Numbered from the stretch's first letter, positions 40,501 to 49,942 are shown. The stretch is 64,000 nt of DNA from a bacterium (GCA_030606215.1 JAUWGW010000005.1:5369-69368), one strand, 5' to 3'. Numbers and translations: made by a program. Notes: generated from the letters alone by a model not told the origin.

Positions 40501-40953
40501 ACAAGGAAGGGTAACAGGATGGCTTATGTTCAGTTAGAGGATCTGGAGGGAAACTGTGAAGTGATTTTCTTTCCGAATTGTCTGGAGGAGTACGCAACAC
40601 TTCTTAAACAAGATGCGCTGATTTATGTCAGAGGCAGAGTTGATTTGCGTCAAGATGTGCCAAAGGTTGTGGCGAAAGTAGTTATCCCTCTCAATGAGGT
40701 TGAAAGGCATCTTGCTAAATCGGCTCATATAAAATTGATTACTGCCGGTTTTGAAGAAGGGACACTTTTATCTTTGAAAGAGGTCTTATTATCATATCCG
40801 GGAAATTGCAGCGTGTATTTCCATCTAAAAGGTTCCCTGCCCAGAGGAATAATTCTTGGTGGGAATTCTGAGCTAACTGTTGAACCGGGACCGGAATTGA
40901 TGAAGAAAGTGGAGGAGTTGGCAGGAGAAGGGAGTATTTCATTCAAGCCCTGA
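37534..40953 (+). CDS. dnaE: DNA polymerase III subunit alpha
   Basis: HLHVHSQYSLLDG PHP domain, GPGRGSAAGS, PDIDIDF, GYGFNKAHS. Confidence 0.98.
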   Translation: MEHSRFAHLHVHSQYSLLDGACRISNLIKKAHEYRMPALALTDHGNLFGAIEFYTQALESGIKPIIGYEAYIAPGSRFEKKTQRIKDASFHLTLLVKDETGYKNLMKLATLAYLEGFYYKPRIDKEILAELREGLIVLSGCLKGEIPCLIQSNSFEQAQKVAGEYRDMMGDGNFYLEIQDHGIDDQRKVNEGLLKIARNLNIPLVATNDCHYIDRGDSVAHDVLLCIQTGATINEPGRMKFSTDNFYFRSPEEMKSLFSSVPEAILNTVAIAEKCNLELSFGKTLLPVFNVPDSKTPDEYLRELCQQGFKARFGGGNKEAVGRLKHELSVIKELGYASYFLIVWDVIRYTKENGLTVGPGRGSAAGSLTAYVLGITEVDPLRYGLLFERFLNSERAKLPDIDIDFSDEDRSQVIEYVRTKYGAGNVAQIITFGTMAARGVIRDVGRALDMPYGEVDRIAKLVPNELDITLDGAISKEPELKEVAERDERVNKLLTIARSLEGLARHASTHAAGIVISDRGLTDYVPLLKGGEGEVITQFPMESLEKVGLLKMDFLGLKTLSVIQKTLENVEKTHGKRISIEEGMLDDLKTFELLREGKTLGIFQLESAGMRDLLRKLEPQRFEDIIAVLGLYRPGPLGSGMVNEFIKRKHKLTSIEFDHPALEPILTDTYGVILYQEQIMRIVSKLAGFSLEQADVLQKSISKKIPEVMERQRGFFMKGALSNGVEERVANKVFDLVANFAGYGFNKAHSTAYAMIAYRTAYLKANYLREFLAALLSSEMDNTDKLVTYINECEGSGVKVLPPDVNESNGRFEVAEGCIRFGLVAVKNVGVSAIDSIVDVRNEKGKFTSLHDFCEHVDLRLVNKRVIESLIKCGAFDCLGAARSQLFAVVDDAIAVGQRLQKDRLSGQFSLFGTGSDFREYPDIPEWHEGKLLSFEKEVLGFYISGHPLARYEKLIKAYSTVSTGGLHELEDGADAGIAGVVTRIRRIATRKGNRMAYVQLEDLEGNCEVIFFPNCLEEYATLLKQDALIYVRGRVDLRQDVPKVVAKVVIPLNEVERHLAKSAHIKLITAGFEEGTLLSLKEVLLSYPGNCSVYFHLKGSLPRGIILGGNSELTVEPGPELMKKVEELAGEGSISFKP

Positions 40954-40966
40954 TGGAGGATACGGT

Positions 40967-41776
40967 ATGAGAGATAGGACTCTTGAGAGAAGAATGGTTG
41001 AGATGCGGGAGTTGATTGATTTATGGGGGCGTTTCCATGAGATGATGGTTGCAGTTGTGAAAGGTGCAGGTTTCACAGATGAGCATGACAGGGAATTCCT
41101 GAATGTGAAAAGTGCTATTGCGCGTAAGTTTCAGGCAATATCAGATAAGTTTGAGAAAAGAATGTTTCCGGAGGAAGAGGTAACAGAAGTCCTTTCCCAG
41201 GCGGTTTCTCTTGAGCAAGTAAAGAAGATGAGCAGTTTCACAACCGGTCAATTTGAGAATACATGGCACCGTGTCCATATAGCATTTAACAGGGTTCTCG
41301 GTCATCTTGAAAGTGAGAGAGATGCACTGGCAAGAGTAAGTACTTTTGGGTTTGGTATTAAGAAACTGGCGAGGAGTAAGCTTCTTATATTTCTTGTTAT
41401 CCTTGCTATTATGTTCGGCGGCATTTTTATGGGATACAGATTCTACACTCAGAAAGTAAAGCCTGCATTTGAGGTAAGCGAAAAGGGGGAGGAGACAGAA
41501 GCACAGGCTGAACTTGAGACGCTTCTTGGGAAAATAGGTGAACTTGTCGATGTTGTGAAGATGAAAATTGAAGGAGCAGAGCCGGGAGAGGGTGCTGAGG
41601 CAAGAAGAGTTAGTTTGCCTGCCAGTGCCAACTGGGGCTCTCTTATCTGGGGAATTGTCGGTGCCGTTCTTTGTGGATGGCTGGCAAGTACCAAGGGAAG
41701 AAACCCAATCCTGTGGGGAGCTTTTGGTTTATTATGCTGTCCGATTGCTTTTATAATTCTCCTGCTTAAGAGCTGA
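40967..41776 (+). CDS. Hypothetical membrane protein
   Basis: 269-aa ORF with SD GGAGG; one central and two C-terminal hydrophobic segments. Confidence 0.75.
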   Translation: MRDRTLERRMVEMRELIDLWGRFHEMMVAVVKGAGFTDEHDREFLNVKSAIARKFQAISDKFEKRMFPEEEVTEVLSQAVSLEQVKKMSSFTTGQFENTWHRVHIAFNRVLGHLESERDALARVSTFGFGIKKLARSKLLIFLVILAIMFGGIFMGYRFYTQKVKPAFEVSEKGEETEAQAELETLLGKIGELVDVVKMKIEGAEPGEGAEARRVSLPASANWGSLIWGIVGAVLCGWLASTKGRNPILWGAFGLLCCPIAFIILLLKS

Positions 41777-42159
41777 TGAAAGATAGGATGCGGAATTTCT
41801 TGGTTTCGCTTTTATGTTTTAGTTTCCCTGTGCTCAGTTGCTTCCCACATCTCCTGAAATTACCAGGGTGCAGTTTCAGAACATTTACGGGTATTCCCTG
41901 CCCATTCTGTGATATGACAAGCTCTTTTTGTGAAGCATCTAATTTTCATATAAAGGAGGCATTTAACATTCAACCTGTAGGTGCTTTAGTCTATTTTTTA
42001 TGTGTAATTTCCGGGTTATTCTTTTTGTGCCGGGGGGTGTTAGGTAAGCCATTTGTTGATTTGAGGAAAGGGAGATATTGGACGCCGGCGTTTAACATTC
42101 TATTGGCACTCATCGGGATTGTATGGGCATGTAGAATTGTGCGGAATGTCTTCATGTGA
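41776..42159 (+). CDS. DUF2752-like membrane protein
   Basis: CSFRTFTGIPCPFCDMTSSF resembles CxxxxxTGxPCPxCGxT; hydrophobic segments. Confidence 0.75.
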   Translation: MKDRMRNFLVSLLCFSFPVLSCFPHLLKLPGCSFRTFTGIPCPFCDMTSSFCEASNFHIKEAFNIQPVGALVYFLCVISGLFFLCRGVLGKPFVDLRKGRYWTPAFNILLALIGIVWACRIVRNVFM

Positions 42160-42167
42160 TGCTTCAT

Positions 42168-42298
42168 TAGCCCGGATTATTCATACTACGATGAAATGGC
42201 CAACATACTGTCATTCTGAGCGGAGCGAAGAATCTCTATAGATTCTTCGTCACTAACGCTCCTCAGAATGACACATGCTGTGTGAATAATGCAGGATA
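42168..42298 (+). mobile_element. 131-bp MITE-like element, copy 1
   Basis: Imperfect terminal inverted repeats TAGCCCGGATTATTCATAC and GTGTGAATAATGCAGGATA; internal palindrome; same length as, and highly similar to, the reverse complement of 47267-47397. Confidence 0.85.
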
Positions 42299-42311
42299 GG
42301 GAGGGGAGTGA

Positions 42312-42584
42312 ATGACCAGAAAAGATCTGGCTCGTGAGGTTGCTAATAGTATCGGGCTCTCTCAGGCTCTTGTCAGAGAGATTACTGATGGTGTTTTAGA
42401 TGCCATCTGTAATAGTCTCGTCAGGGGAGAAAGGGTGGAATTGAGAAATTTTGGTGTTTTCACAACCAGGGCAATGAGGGAGAGGGTTGTGCAAAATCCT
42501 AAGACAAAGGAGAAAATCCGCATACCCGCAGCAACTGTGGTTCGGTTTAAACCCGGAAAGGAGTTGAAGCGGAAAGCTGCTTAG
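42312..42584 (+). CDS. HU/IHF family DNA-binding protein
   Basis: MTRKDL, RVELRNFGVF, NPKT, VRFKPGKELK. Confidence 0.93.
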   Translation: MTRKDLAREVANSIGLSQALVREITDGVLDAICNSLVRGERVELRNFGVFTTRAMRERVVQNPKTKEKIRIPAATVVRFKPGKELKRKAA

Positions 42585-42682
42585 TTTCTTGCACCCCAGA
42601 AAAAACTTATAATCCCGCCGGCAATTGCTATCAGAAGGCTAACTTTAATATGAACCTCTGTGCTTATTTCTGTGCTTATTTC

Positions 42683-42711
42683 TTGACAGCTCCTGTAGAA
42701 GATGATACAGT
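42683..42711 (+). promoter_or_regulatory. Promoter of the gcv leader
   Basis: TTGACA-17-TACAGT with extended TG, just upstream of the riboswitch. Confidence 0.7.
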
Positions 42712-42720
42712 AAAAATAGC

Positions 42721-42896
42721 CGGATGAGGGTTAGGAGAGAGACCTTTGGAGTATATTCAACGGCGCCGAAGGGGTAATCCGCCTCAGGCGGAGAAACTCT
42801 CAGGCAAAAGGATCCTGACCTGACGGTCCTCTGGAGAACCCGTTTGAAATAAAGCGGCACCAAAGGGATAAATCTCTCAGGTAAAAGGACAGGGGA
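42721..42896 (+). ncRNA. Tandem glycine riboswitch
   Basis: Two aptamers with GGAGA...CGCCGAAGG/CACCAAAGG...CTCTCAGG..AAAAGGA motifs; P1 pairs GGTTAGGA/TCCTGACC and TCCTCTG/CAGGGGA; upstream of gcvT. Confidence 0.93.
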
Positions 42897-42936
42897 TATA
42901 GTATAACTTTGTGGTTTTACTGTATCCCCTGTTTTT
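42889..42936 (+). terminator. Riboswitch expression-platform terminator
   Basis: ACAGGGGATATAGTA/TACTGTATCCCCTGT stem followed by a T run; the 5' arm overlaps the 3' strand of aptamer-2 P1. Confidence 0.8.
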
Positions 42937-42939
42937 ATT

Positions 42940-44043
42940 ATGAACCAGACACCGCTTTACAATCTACATCTGAAGTATAAAGCCCATATGAGAGAATTTA
43001 GTGGTTGGCAGATGCCCATTTATTACACAGGTATCATAGCTGAGCACAAAGCAGTTCGACAAAAAGCCGGTCTTTTTGACATCTCTCATATGGTCAGATT
43101 AAAGATAGAGGGGATAGGTGCTTCTGATTTGGTCCAGAGATTGACCACCAATGATGTTTCTGTATTAAAAACAGGTGATATCCAGTATTCCCTGGTTTGT
43201 AACCAGGAGGGGAATATATTAGATGATATCCTGGTCTTTAGTTTAGATGACGGTTATCTCCTGGTAGTAAATGCCGGCAACAAGCAGACTGTCTTATCGT
43301 GGTTCAAGAAATGGGCCGGGCAAGCGGAGGTTAAAGATATTTCAAATCAGATGTCTATGGCTGCCATTCAGGGACCTATCTCGCAGATAATTCTTCAGAA
43401 ATTAATCGACATAAATCTATCTTCAATTAAATATTATCATTTTACTCAGGAGAAAATAGCAGGGATAACGGGTTTTATTTCCAGAACCGGTTATACCGGT
43501 GAGGATGGGTTTGAGCTCTGCTTTGCTTCAGAAAAGGCAAAAACCTTATGGTTAGCGCTATTATCTGCAGGAAAAGATTATGGTCTTCAACCGATTGGCC
43601 TGGGAGCCAGGGATACTTTGAGGTTAGAGGCTGCACTGCCATTATACGGGCATGAGCTCAGCACACAAATAAACCCTTTTGAGGCGGGCCTGGAAAGATT
43701 TGTTAAATTAGACAAAGGCGATTTTCTTGGCAGGCGGTCACTCATTGAGGTCAAAAAGGTAGGTATTAATCGTAAATTGGTTGGTTTTGAAATGATTGAC
43801 AGAGGTATCCCCAGAGCAGGTTATACCGTTTCAAAAGATGGAAAACATATTGGTCAGGTAACCAGCGGCTCATTTTCTCCTACTCTTGATAAGAATATCG
43901 GCATGGGCTATGTGGGAACAGGATATACTCACGAAGGATGTGAGTTTGAGATTGAAATCAGAGGTAAATCCACCGGGGCCAGGGTAGTAAAAACACCTTT
44001 TTATAAAAAGAGTGGAGAGGGCGGGAAAAAAGAGGAGTATTAA
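42940..44043 (+). CDS. gcvT: Glycine cleavage system aminomethyltransferase T
   Basis: GLFDISHM, SRTGYTGEDGFE, GLGARDTLRLEA, VTSG. Confidence 0.97.
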   Translation: MNQTPLYNLHLKYKAHMREFSGWQMPIYYTGIIAEHKAVRQKAGLFDISHMVRLKIEGIGASDLVQRLTTNDVSVLKTGDIQYSLVCNQEGNILDDILVFSLDDGYLLVVNAGNKQTVLSWFKKWAGQAEVKDISNQMSMAAIQGPISQIILQKLIDINLSSIKYYHFTQEKIAGITGFISRTGYTGEDGFELCFASEKAKTLWLALLSAGKDYGLQPIGLGARDTLRLEAALPLYGHELSTQINPFEAGLERFVKLDKGDFLGRRSLIEVKKVGINRKLVGFEMIDRGIPRAGYTVSKDGKHIGQVTSGSFSPTLDKNIGMGYVGTGYTHEGCEFEIEIRGKSTGARVVKTPFYKKSGEGGKKEEY

Positions 44044-44045
44044 GG

Positions 44046-44444
44046 ATGTATCCAACAGATTTAAAGTATACTGTTACACATGAATGGGCTGGGATTGAAG
44101 AGAAGACAGGTATCGTAACGGTGGGAATCGGTGAGTACGCTGTGAAACAGCTCAGTGACATTGTTTTTCTTGAACTGCCTGCTGTCGGTGATAAACTGAA
44201 GAAAGGAGAACCTTTTGGGGCCATTGAATCAGTCAAGGCAGTATTCGATTTAAACTCGCCGGTGACCGGCGAGGTCGTAGAAGTAAACCAGGCCCTTTCT
44301 GATAATCTTGACCTGTTACAGACTGACCCTTACGGCCAGTGCTGGATGGTTAGGATAAAGGCAGAGAATCAAGAAGAAATTCAGGCATTGATGAATGCAG
44401 GAGACTACGAAGACTTCATAAAAAAGGGACAGGGTAAGCATTGA
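44046..44444 (+). CDS. gcvH: Glycine cleavage system H protein
   Basis: HEW, lipoylation motif IESVKA, SPVTGEVVEVN, DPYG. Confidence 0.97.
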   Translation: MYPTDLKYTVTHEWAGIEEKTGIVTVGIGEYAVKQLSDIVFLELPAVGDKLKKGEPFGAIESVKAVFDLNSPVTGEVVEVNQALSDNLDLLQTDPYGQCWMVRIKAENQEEIQALMNAGDYEDFIKKGQGKH

Positions 44445-44477
44445 CATGCTATCGAGGTAGTCGGAAGGTGAAACCTG

Positions 44478-45812
44478 ATGCCGTACGTATCTAATACAGA
44501 TGAAGACAGAGCAAGAATGCTGGGCGAATTGGGGCTCAAATCAATTGAGGAACTCTTCAGTGATATCCCTGCTGATTTGCGACCTTCCTCTTTTAATCTA
44601 CCGCCAGGCCTATCAGAACTTGAAGTCCGTCGTTTCACCCAGACCCTGGCAGATAAGAATGCCACTGATCTTATTTGTTTCCTGGGGGGTGGTTTCTACG
44701 ACCATTTTATACCCGCTGCTCTGGATACAATAATTTCACGCAGTGAATTCTATACGGCTTATACTCCTTATCAACCGGAAATATCCCAGGGCACGCTCCA
44801 GGCCATATACGAATATCAATCAGCTGTCTGTCATCTGACAGATATGGATGCGGCTAATGCCTCTTTGTACGACGGCGGGACCGCCCTTTACGAAGCAATG
44901 ATGATGGCGGTAAGGATTACCAAGAGGAGAAAGGTTATTGTAGATGAAGGTGTTAGCCCTATATACCGAAAGATGCTGCATTGTTATACCGGCAATTTGG
45001 CTCTCGAGTTTGTTGAAATACCAGTAGCCCGAAACGGCCGGGCTGACAGACAGGCAATAGAGACACAACTTGATAAAAATACATCCTGCCTTATCTTACA
45101 AAACCCAAACTTCTTTGGCTGTGTAGATGATATTACCGATATGGCTGAGTCAGCTCAAAAATCAGGCAGTCTGGTCATTCTTTCGACCTATCCCATTTCT
45201 CTGGGCATTCTTAAAACCCCGGGTGAAATGCAGGTGGACATTGCTACCGGCGAAGGTCAGAGTTTAGGGCTCGGACTTTCTTTCGGAGGTCCATACCTTG
45301 GTTTTATGGCCGTGCGTTCCCAATATATCCGCCAGATGCCGGGCCGCATCGTAGGTGAGACAACAGATAAAAATGGCCAGCGCGGCTTTGTGCTAACGCT
45401 CCAGACAAGAGAACAGCATATCCGCAGAGAGAAAGCGACCTCTAATATATGTTCTAATGAAGCTCTCTGCGCACTTTCTGCCATTGTCTATCTTAGTCTG
45501 ATAGGCAAGGAAGGGCTGAAGGAGGTAACTGAGCTTTGCAGCGCTAAAGCCGATTATACCCTCAAACGTCTTTTAGAGATACCGGGCGTAAAGATGAGAT
45601 TCCCGGTTCCTATATTTAATGAATTTACATTAGAACTTCCCAGAGATGCCGGTGATATTATCGGGCAGTTAATTGAAAAAGGGATAATGGCCGGATTCCC
45701 TCTGGGACGCTACTATAAGAATATGGAGAAGTGCATGCTGATAGCCGTGACCGAGAAAAGGACAAAGGAGGAGATAGGGATGTTGGCTGAGGCACTGGAG
45801 GCAGTCTTGTAA
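44478..45812 (+). CDS. gcvPA: Glycine dehydrogenase subunit 1
   Basis: [39 protein letters not shown]. Confidence 0.97.
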   Translation: MPYVSNTDEDRARMLGELGLKSIEELFSDIPADLRPSSFNLPPGLSELEVRRFTQTLADKNATDLICFLGGGFYDHFIPAALDTIISRSEFYTAYTPYQPEISQGTLQAIYEYQSAVCHLTDMDAANASLYDGGTALYEAMMMAVRITKRRKVIVDEGVSPIYRKMLHCYTGNLALEFVEIPVARNGRADRQAIETQLDKNTSCLILQNPNFFGCVDDITDMAESAQKSGSLVILSTYPISLGILKTPGEMQVDIATGEGQSLGLGLSFGGPYLGFMAVRSQYIRQMPGRIVGETTDKNGQRGFVLTLQTREQHIRREKATSNICSNEALCALSAIVYLSLIGKEGLKEVTELCSAKADYTLKRLLEIPGVKMRFPVPIFNEFTLELPRDAGDIIGQLIEKGIMAGFPLGRYYKNMEKCMLIAVTEKRTKEEIGMLAEALEAVL

Positions 45813-45814
45813 AA

Positions 45815-47269
45815 ATGAAACTTATTTTTGAAAAAAGCGTTGCTGGGAGAAGAGGGGTAAGGTTACCCAGATGCGATGTTCCTATTGAGCGGGACAAGTT
45901 GAAGGGACTTAAACGCAAAGAACTTCCTGATTTGCCGGAGGTTTCTGAACTGGACACAGTCCGGCATTTTACAGAACTGTCCAGACACAATTTTGGAGTA
46001 GACACCGGCTTCTATCCTTTAGGCTCTTGCACCATGAAATACAATCCGAAGATAGGGGAAGAGGCAGTTAGATATCAAGGTTTTAGTCGTCTGCACCCGC
46101 TCCTGCCCCAGCTTCGCCAGGGCGGGATACTTACGCAGGGTGCCTTACAGGTAATCTATGAGACAGAACGGTTTCTATCAGAGATTACCGGTATGGCTGA
46201 ATTTACCATGCAGCCTTTAGCCGGTGCTCATGGAGAACTGACCGGGATAATGCTTATTGCCGCCTATCACAAGTCAAGAGGCATCAAGAAAACAAAAGTC
46301 ATTATCCCTGATTCGGCGCATGGAACTAATCCGGCAAGTGCCGCTATTGCCGGGTATGAGGTTGTATCAGTGCCTTCTGACAAGAACGGCGTCATGGATT
46401 TCAGCGAATTTCGAAAGGTCATTGATGAGAAAGTAGCTGCGGTGATGCTTACCTGTCCTAATACCTTAGGGTTGTTTAACCCTGATATAAAGAAGATTGC
46501 GGACAGGACACACCAGGCAGGTGGATTGATGTATTATGATGGAGCAAATCTAAATGCTATTTTAGGTAAATGCCGGCCGGGGGATGTCGGGTTTGATGTT
46601 GTGCACTTGAATCTACACAAGACCTTTGGCACGCCTCATGGGGGAGGCGGGCCAGGGGCAGGACCGGTAGGAGTGAAAGAGCATTTAAGAGAATTTCTTC
46701 CTATCTCGCTGGTAGTGAAAAGGCCGGATGGCACATATGCCCTTGAATATAACCGTCCTAAATCCATCGGATATGTAGCCCCATTCTACGGCAATTTTGG
46801 GGTTATACTCAAGTGCTATGTCTATATCCTGCTCCTGGGCCGGGAAGGTTTAATCAGAGCTGCTGAGAATGCTGTGCTTAATGCCAATTACATGATGGAA
46901 AAACTAAAATCTTATTACCATCTTCCCTATGACCGCAGATGTATGCATGAATTTGTCTTATCAGCTAATAAACAAAAGAAGCACGGGGTAAAGGCACTGG
47001 ATATTGCCAAGCGCCTGCTGGATTTTAGTTTTCATCCGCCGACCATATATTTCCCTCTCATTGTTGAAGAGGCCATGATGATTGAACCTGCGGAGACCGA
47101 ATCCGGAGAAACGCTGGATAAATTTATTGAGGTTATGATTCAGATTGCTAAAGAGGCTGAGCAGGAACCGCAGACTATTAAAGATGCCCCGCATAATTTA
47201 GATATATGCAGGTTGGATGAAGTAAAAGCAGCCAGAGAACCTAATCTAAAGTATGTTCGTGTTGCATAG
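45815..47269 (+). CDS. gcvPB: Glycine dehydrogenase subunit 2
   Basis: [39 protein letters not shown]. Confidence 0.97.
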   Translation: MKLIFEKSVAGRRGVRLPRCDVPIERDKLKGLKRKELPDLPEVSELDTVRHFTELSRHNFGVDTGFYPLGSCTMKYNPKIGEEAVRYQGFSRLHPLLPQLRQGGILTQGALQVIYETERFLSEITGMAEFTMQPLAGAHGELTGIMLIAAYHKSRGIKKTKVIIPDSAHGTNPASAAIAGYEVVSVPSDKNGVMDFSEFRKVIDEKVAAVMLTCPNTLGLFNPDIKKIADRTHQAGGLMYYDGANLNAILGKCRPGDVGFDVVHLNLHKTFGTPHGGGGPGAGPVGVKEHLREFLPISLVVKRPDGTYALEYNRPKSIGYVAPFYGNFGVILKCYVYILLLGREGLIRAAENAVLNANYMMEKLKSYYHLPYDRRCMHEFVLSANKQKKHGVKALDIAKRLLDFSFHPPTIYFPLIVEEAMMIEPAETESGETLDKFIEVMIQIAKEAEQEPQTIKDAPHNLDICRLDEVKAAREPNLKYVRVA

Positions 47270-47397
47270 CCTGCATTGTTCACACTACGTTTGTCATTCT
47301 GAGGAGCATAAGCGATGAAGAATCTCATCAGATTCTTCGCTACGCTCAGAATGACAGAGTGTGGGGTATTTAATCGTAGTATGAATAATCCGGGCTA
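47267..47397 (-). mobile_element. 131-bp MITE-like element, copy 2 (inverted)
   Basis: Reverse complement begins TAGCCCGGATTATTCATACTACGAT like copy 1; its end coincides with the gcvPB TAG stop. Confidence 0.85.
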
Positions 47398-47454
47398 GCC
47401 CTATCCCGTTGGGGGAGAGGCAGGGGAGATGGAGAGTCTGCAAAGGTATAAATT

Positions 47455-48336
47455 ATGAAGTGGCGGCTAATTCAATCAGGTCATCTGGACGGCTATACCA
47501 ATATGGCAATAGATGAGGCTATGTTTGCCTTAAGTGCGGCAAATTATGTGCCAGCGACATTGAGGTTATACGGCTGGAGCCCGCCGGCAATCTCCATCGG
47601 TTACTTTCAAAATTACCTATCTCCTCCCCTAATCCCCCTACCCCCTTTACTAAAGGGGGGAAGGGGGGATTTAGGCTTCCCTTTAATAAAGGGGGAAGGG
47701 AGGACTAAGGAGAGGGACAAATCGTTGAAATTGCGGCATGACAGAATAGATATTGTTCGGCGCCTGACCGGAGGCGGGGCCATACTCCATGACCGGGAAT
47801 TAACCTTTTGTTTAGTCACCGCTTTTAGGGGTTCTATCATACCGGATGATATTTTTGATTCTTATAATCTTATCTCCGGGGCTGTCATTAAGGGCTTGCA
47901 GATTCTGGGAATAGAGGCGCAAATAAGAGGTGATGAAACTGCTCTAAGTCATGTTGGATCCTCACTATCTAACAGGGGAAGCGACCGGGCAGTATCTAAG
48001 CAGCGTGAGTTCTTCTGCTTTGCCAGGCAGTCAGGGTATGATATTATATTTGATGGCAAAAAGCTGGTAGGAAGCGCCCAGAGAAGAAAGGATGGTATTC
48101 TCCTGCATCACGGCTCAATTCTGCTGGACGGAGAACAAAACCCGGAAACCAGTATTGGTGTAAATTCTATTTTGGGTAAGCAGGTCGACTTTAAAGAAAT
48201 CAGTAAAAATATTGTGGAGGGTTTTTGTAGAACATTGTCAATAGACCTGATACCCGGCGAGTTGACTGAAGAGGAATTAGAATTATCCCGGCAGTTGGTA
48301 ATGACTAAATATAACAAGAGAACCATGGATTTATGA
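47455..48336 (+). CDS. Lipoate--protein ligase A / LipM-like octanoyltransferase
   Basis: NMAIDEA, LRLYGW..PAISIGYFQ, VRRLTGGGAILHD, KLVGSAQRR, HHGSI. Confidence 0.9.
   Translation: MKWRLIQSGHLDGYTNMAIDEAMFALSAANYVPATLRLYGWSPPAISIGYFQNYLSPPLIPLPPLLKGGRGDLGFPLIKGEGRTKERDKSLKLRHDRIDIVRRLTGGGAILHDRELTFCLVTAFRGSIIPDDIFDSYNLISGAVIKGLQILGIEAQIRGDETALSHVGSSLSNRGSDRAVSKQREFFCFARQSGYDIIFDGKKLVGSAQRRKDGILLHHGSILLDGEQNPETSIGVNSILGKQVDFKEISKNIVEGFCRTLSIDLIPGELTEEELELSRQLVMTKYNKRTMDL
47617..47717. repeat. Nested CCCCCTTT...AAAGGGGG palindromes in frame within the lipoate ligase gene
   Basis: CCTAATCCCCCT-A-CCCCCTTT-ACT-AAAGGGGG-GA-AGGGGGGATTTAGG, followed by CTTCCCTTT-AAT-AAAGGGGGAAG. Confidence 0.85.
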
Positions 48337-48358
48337 ATAGCAATGGAGAAAAGATGAG

Positions 48359-49942
48359 ATGATGAAGATACTGATAAGTGATAATCTATCTGAAGAAGCT
48401 GTGGAGATTCTAAAGGAAGAGAAGAATATTAACCCTGAAGTAAAAACTAATCTTTCCCAGGAAGAACTCCTGGCGTGCATTAAAGACTACCAGGCCCTCA
48501 TTGTCCGAAGCCGAACCAAGGTCACCAAGGAGCTTATAATAGCAGGAAAAAACTTGAAGGTAATCGGCCGGGCTGGTGTAGGAGTAGATAATATTGATGT
48601 AGAAGCGGCTACCAAACAGGGGATTATTGTTATGAATACTCCTGATGCCAATACCATTTCCACAGCTGAACTTACCATGGCTATGATACTGGCCCTCTCA
48701 CGCAATATCTATCAAGCCACCGCATCACTTAAGGATAACAGATGGTCAAAAGATAAACTTACCGGTGTGGAGCTATATGATAAGGTCTTGGGTATAATGG
48801 GTTTAGGTAGAATTGGCTGCCAGGTAGCTAAACGTGCCCTTTCTTTTGGTATGCACCCGGTTGCTTACGATCCCTTTATATCAACTGAACAGGCCAGGAA
48901 ACTTAAGGTCAAACTCCTTGGCTTAAAAGAAGTCTTACAACAGGCTGACTATATCTCTATACATGCGCCATTGAGCGATGAAACTTACCATATGTTAGGT
49001 GAGAAAGAGTTTAAGCTTATGAAAGACGGGGTAAGGGTTATTAACTGTGCCCGGGGAGGGATAATCGATGAGGTCACTCTCTATAAAGCCATAACTCAGG
49101 GCAAAGTAGCCGGCTGTGCCCTTGATGTTTTTGAAAAAGAGCCTCCTGATAAAAATCCTCTTCTTGGTTTAGAACAGGTGATTGTTACACCCCATATCGG
49201 AGCGGTTACCCGTGAGGCGAAGGCAAATGTAGCTATCCAGATTGCCGGACAGGTGTTGGAGGTTTTGAAAGGTGGTATTGTCCGGAATGCAGTTAATTTC
49301 CCCCGCATAGAACCGGAGATACTGGAAGAAATCAAACCCTATATCAATTTAGCTGAAAGATTGGGGAAATTTCAATCGCAGCTTCTTACAGATTGTCTCC
49401 AAACGGTAAAAATAACTTATATCGGCCAGATGAATAATTACCAGCTTAAGCCTATTACCGTTGCCCTTCTCAAAGGGCTCTTGGAGCCGATATTTCCGGA
49501 AAGGGTCAATTATATCAATGCATCTATCCTGGCTAAAGAGCGTGGGATAAAGATTATTGAAACAAAAAGCAGCCAGGTTGAGGACTTCGCTAATCTGATT
49601 ATGGTGGAGACTGAAACACCTGTTTGTAAAAGGTCAGTGGCGGGGACATTATTCGGAAAAGAGGACCCGCGTATTATCCTGATAGATAACTATCATGTAG
49701 ATGCTGTGCCTGAAGGTTATCTGCTGGTTTGCTCCAACTATGATAGGCCAGGCGCTATCGCCCATATTTCTACGGTCTTGAGTCGAAACGGAATAAACAT
49801 TGCCGGGATGACAGTAGGCCGTAAGGAAATAGGGGGTAAAGCCATAACTGTGCTTAATATAGATAGTTCAATTTCTACTGAGGTGTTAGAAGAAGTAAAA
49901 GATCATCCGGTAATTATAGAAGCGAGGTTGGTTAAGTTATAA
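48359..49942 (+). CDS. serA: D-3-phosphoglycerate dehydrogenase (long form with ACT domain)
   Basis: IGRAGVGVDNID, GLGRIG, NCARGG, TPHIGA, DRPG ACT domain. Confidence 0.95.
   Translation: MMKILISDNLSEEAVEILKEEKNINPEVKTNLSQEELLACIKDYQALIVRSRTKVTKELIIAGKNLKVIGRAGVGVDNIDVEAATKQGIIVMNTPDANTISTAELTMAMILALSRNIYQATASLKDNRWSKDKLTGVELYDKVLGIMGLGRIGCQVAKRALSFGMHPVAYDPFISTEQARKLKVKLLGLKEVLQQADYISIHAPLSDETYHMLGEKEFKLMKDGVRVINCARGGIIDEVTLYKAITQGKVAGCALDVFEKEPPDKNPLLGLEQVIVTPHIGAVTREAKANVAIQIAGQVLEVLKGGIVRNAVNFPRIEPEILEEIKPYINLAERLGKFQSQLLTDCLQTVKITYIGQMNNYQLKPITVALLKGLLEPIFPERVNYINASILAKERGIKIIETKSSQVEDFANLIMVETETPVCKRSVAGTLFGKEDPRIILIDNYHVDAVPEGYLLVCSNYDRPGAIAHISTVLSRNGINIAGMTVGRKEIGGKAITVLNIDSSISTEVLEEVKDHPVIIEARLVKL

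Noticed and set aside
37534-40953. Intein or split in dnaE
   Set aside because: 1139 aa is normal length with contiguous motifs and no splice-junction signatures
42657-42683. 12-bp tandem repeat TCTGTGCTTATT x2 upstream of the gcv promoter
   Set aside because: Only two units; cannot tell slippage from a binding site
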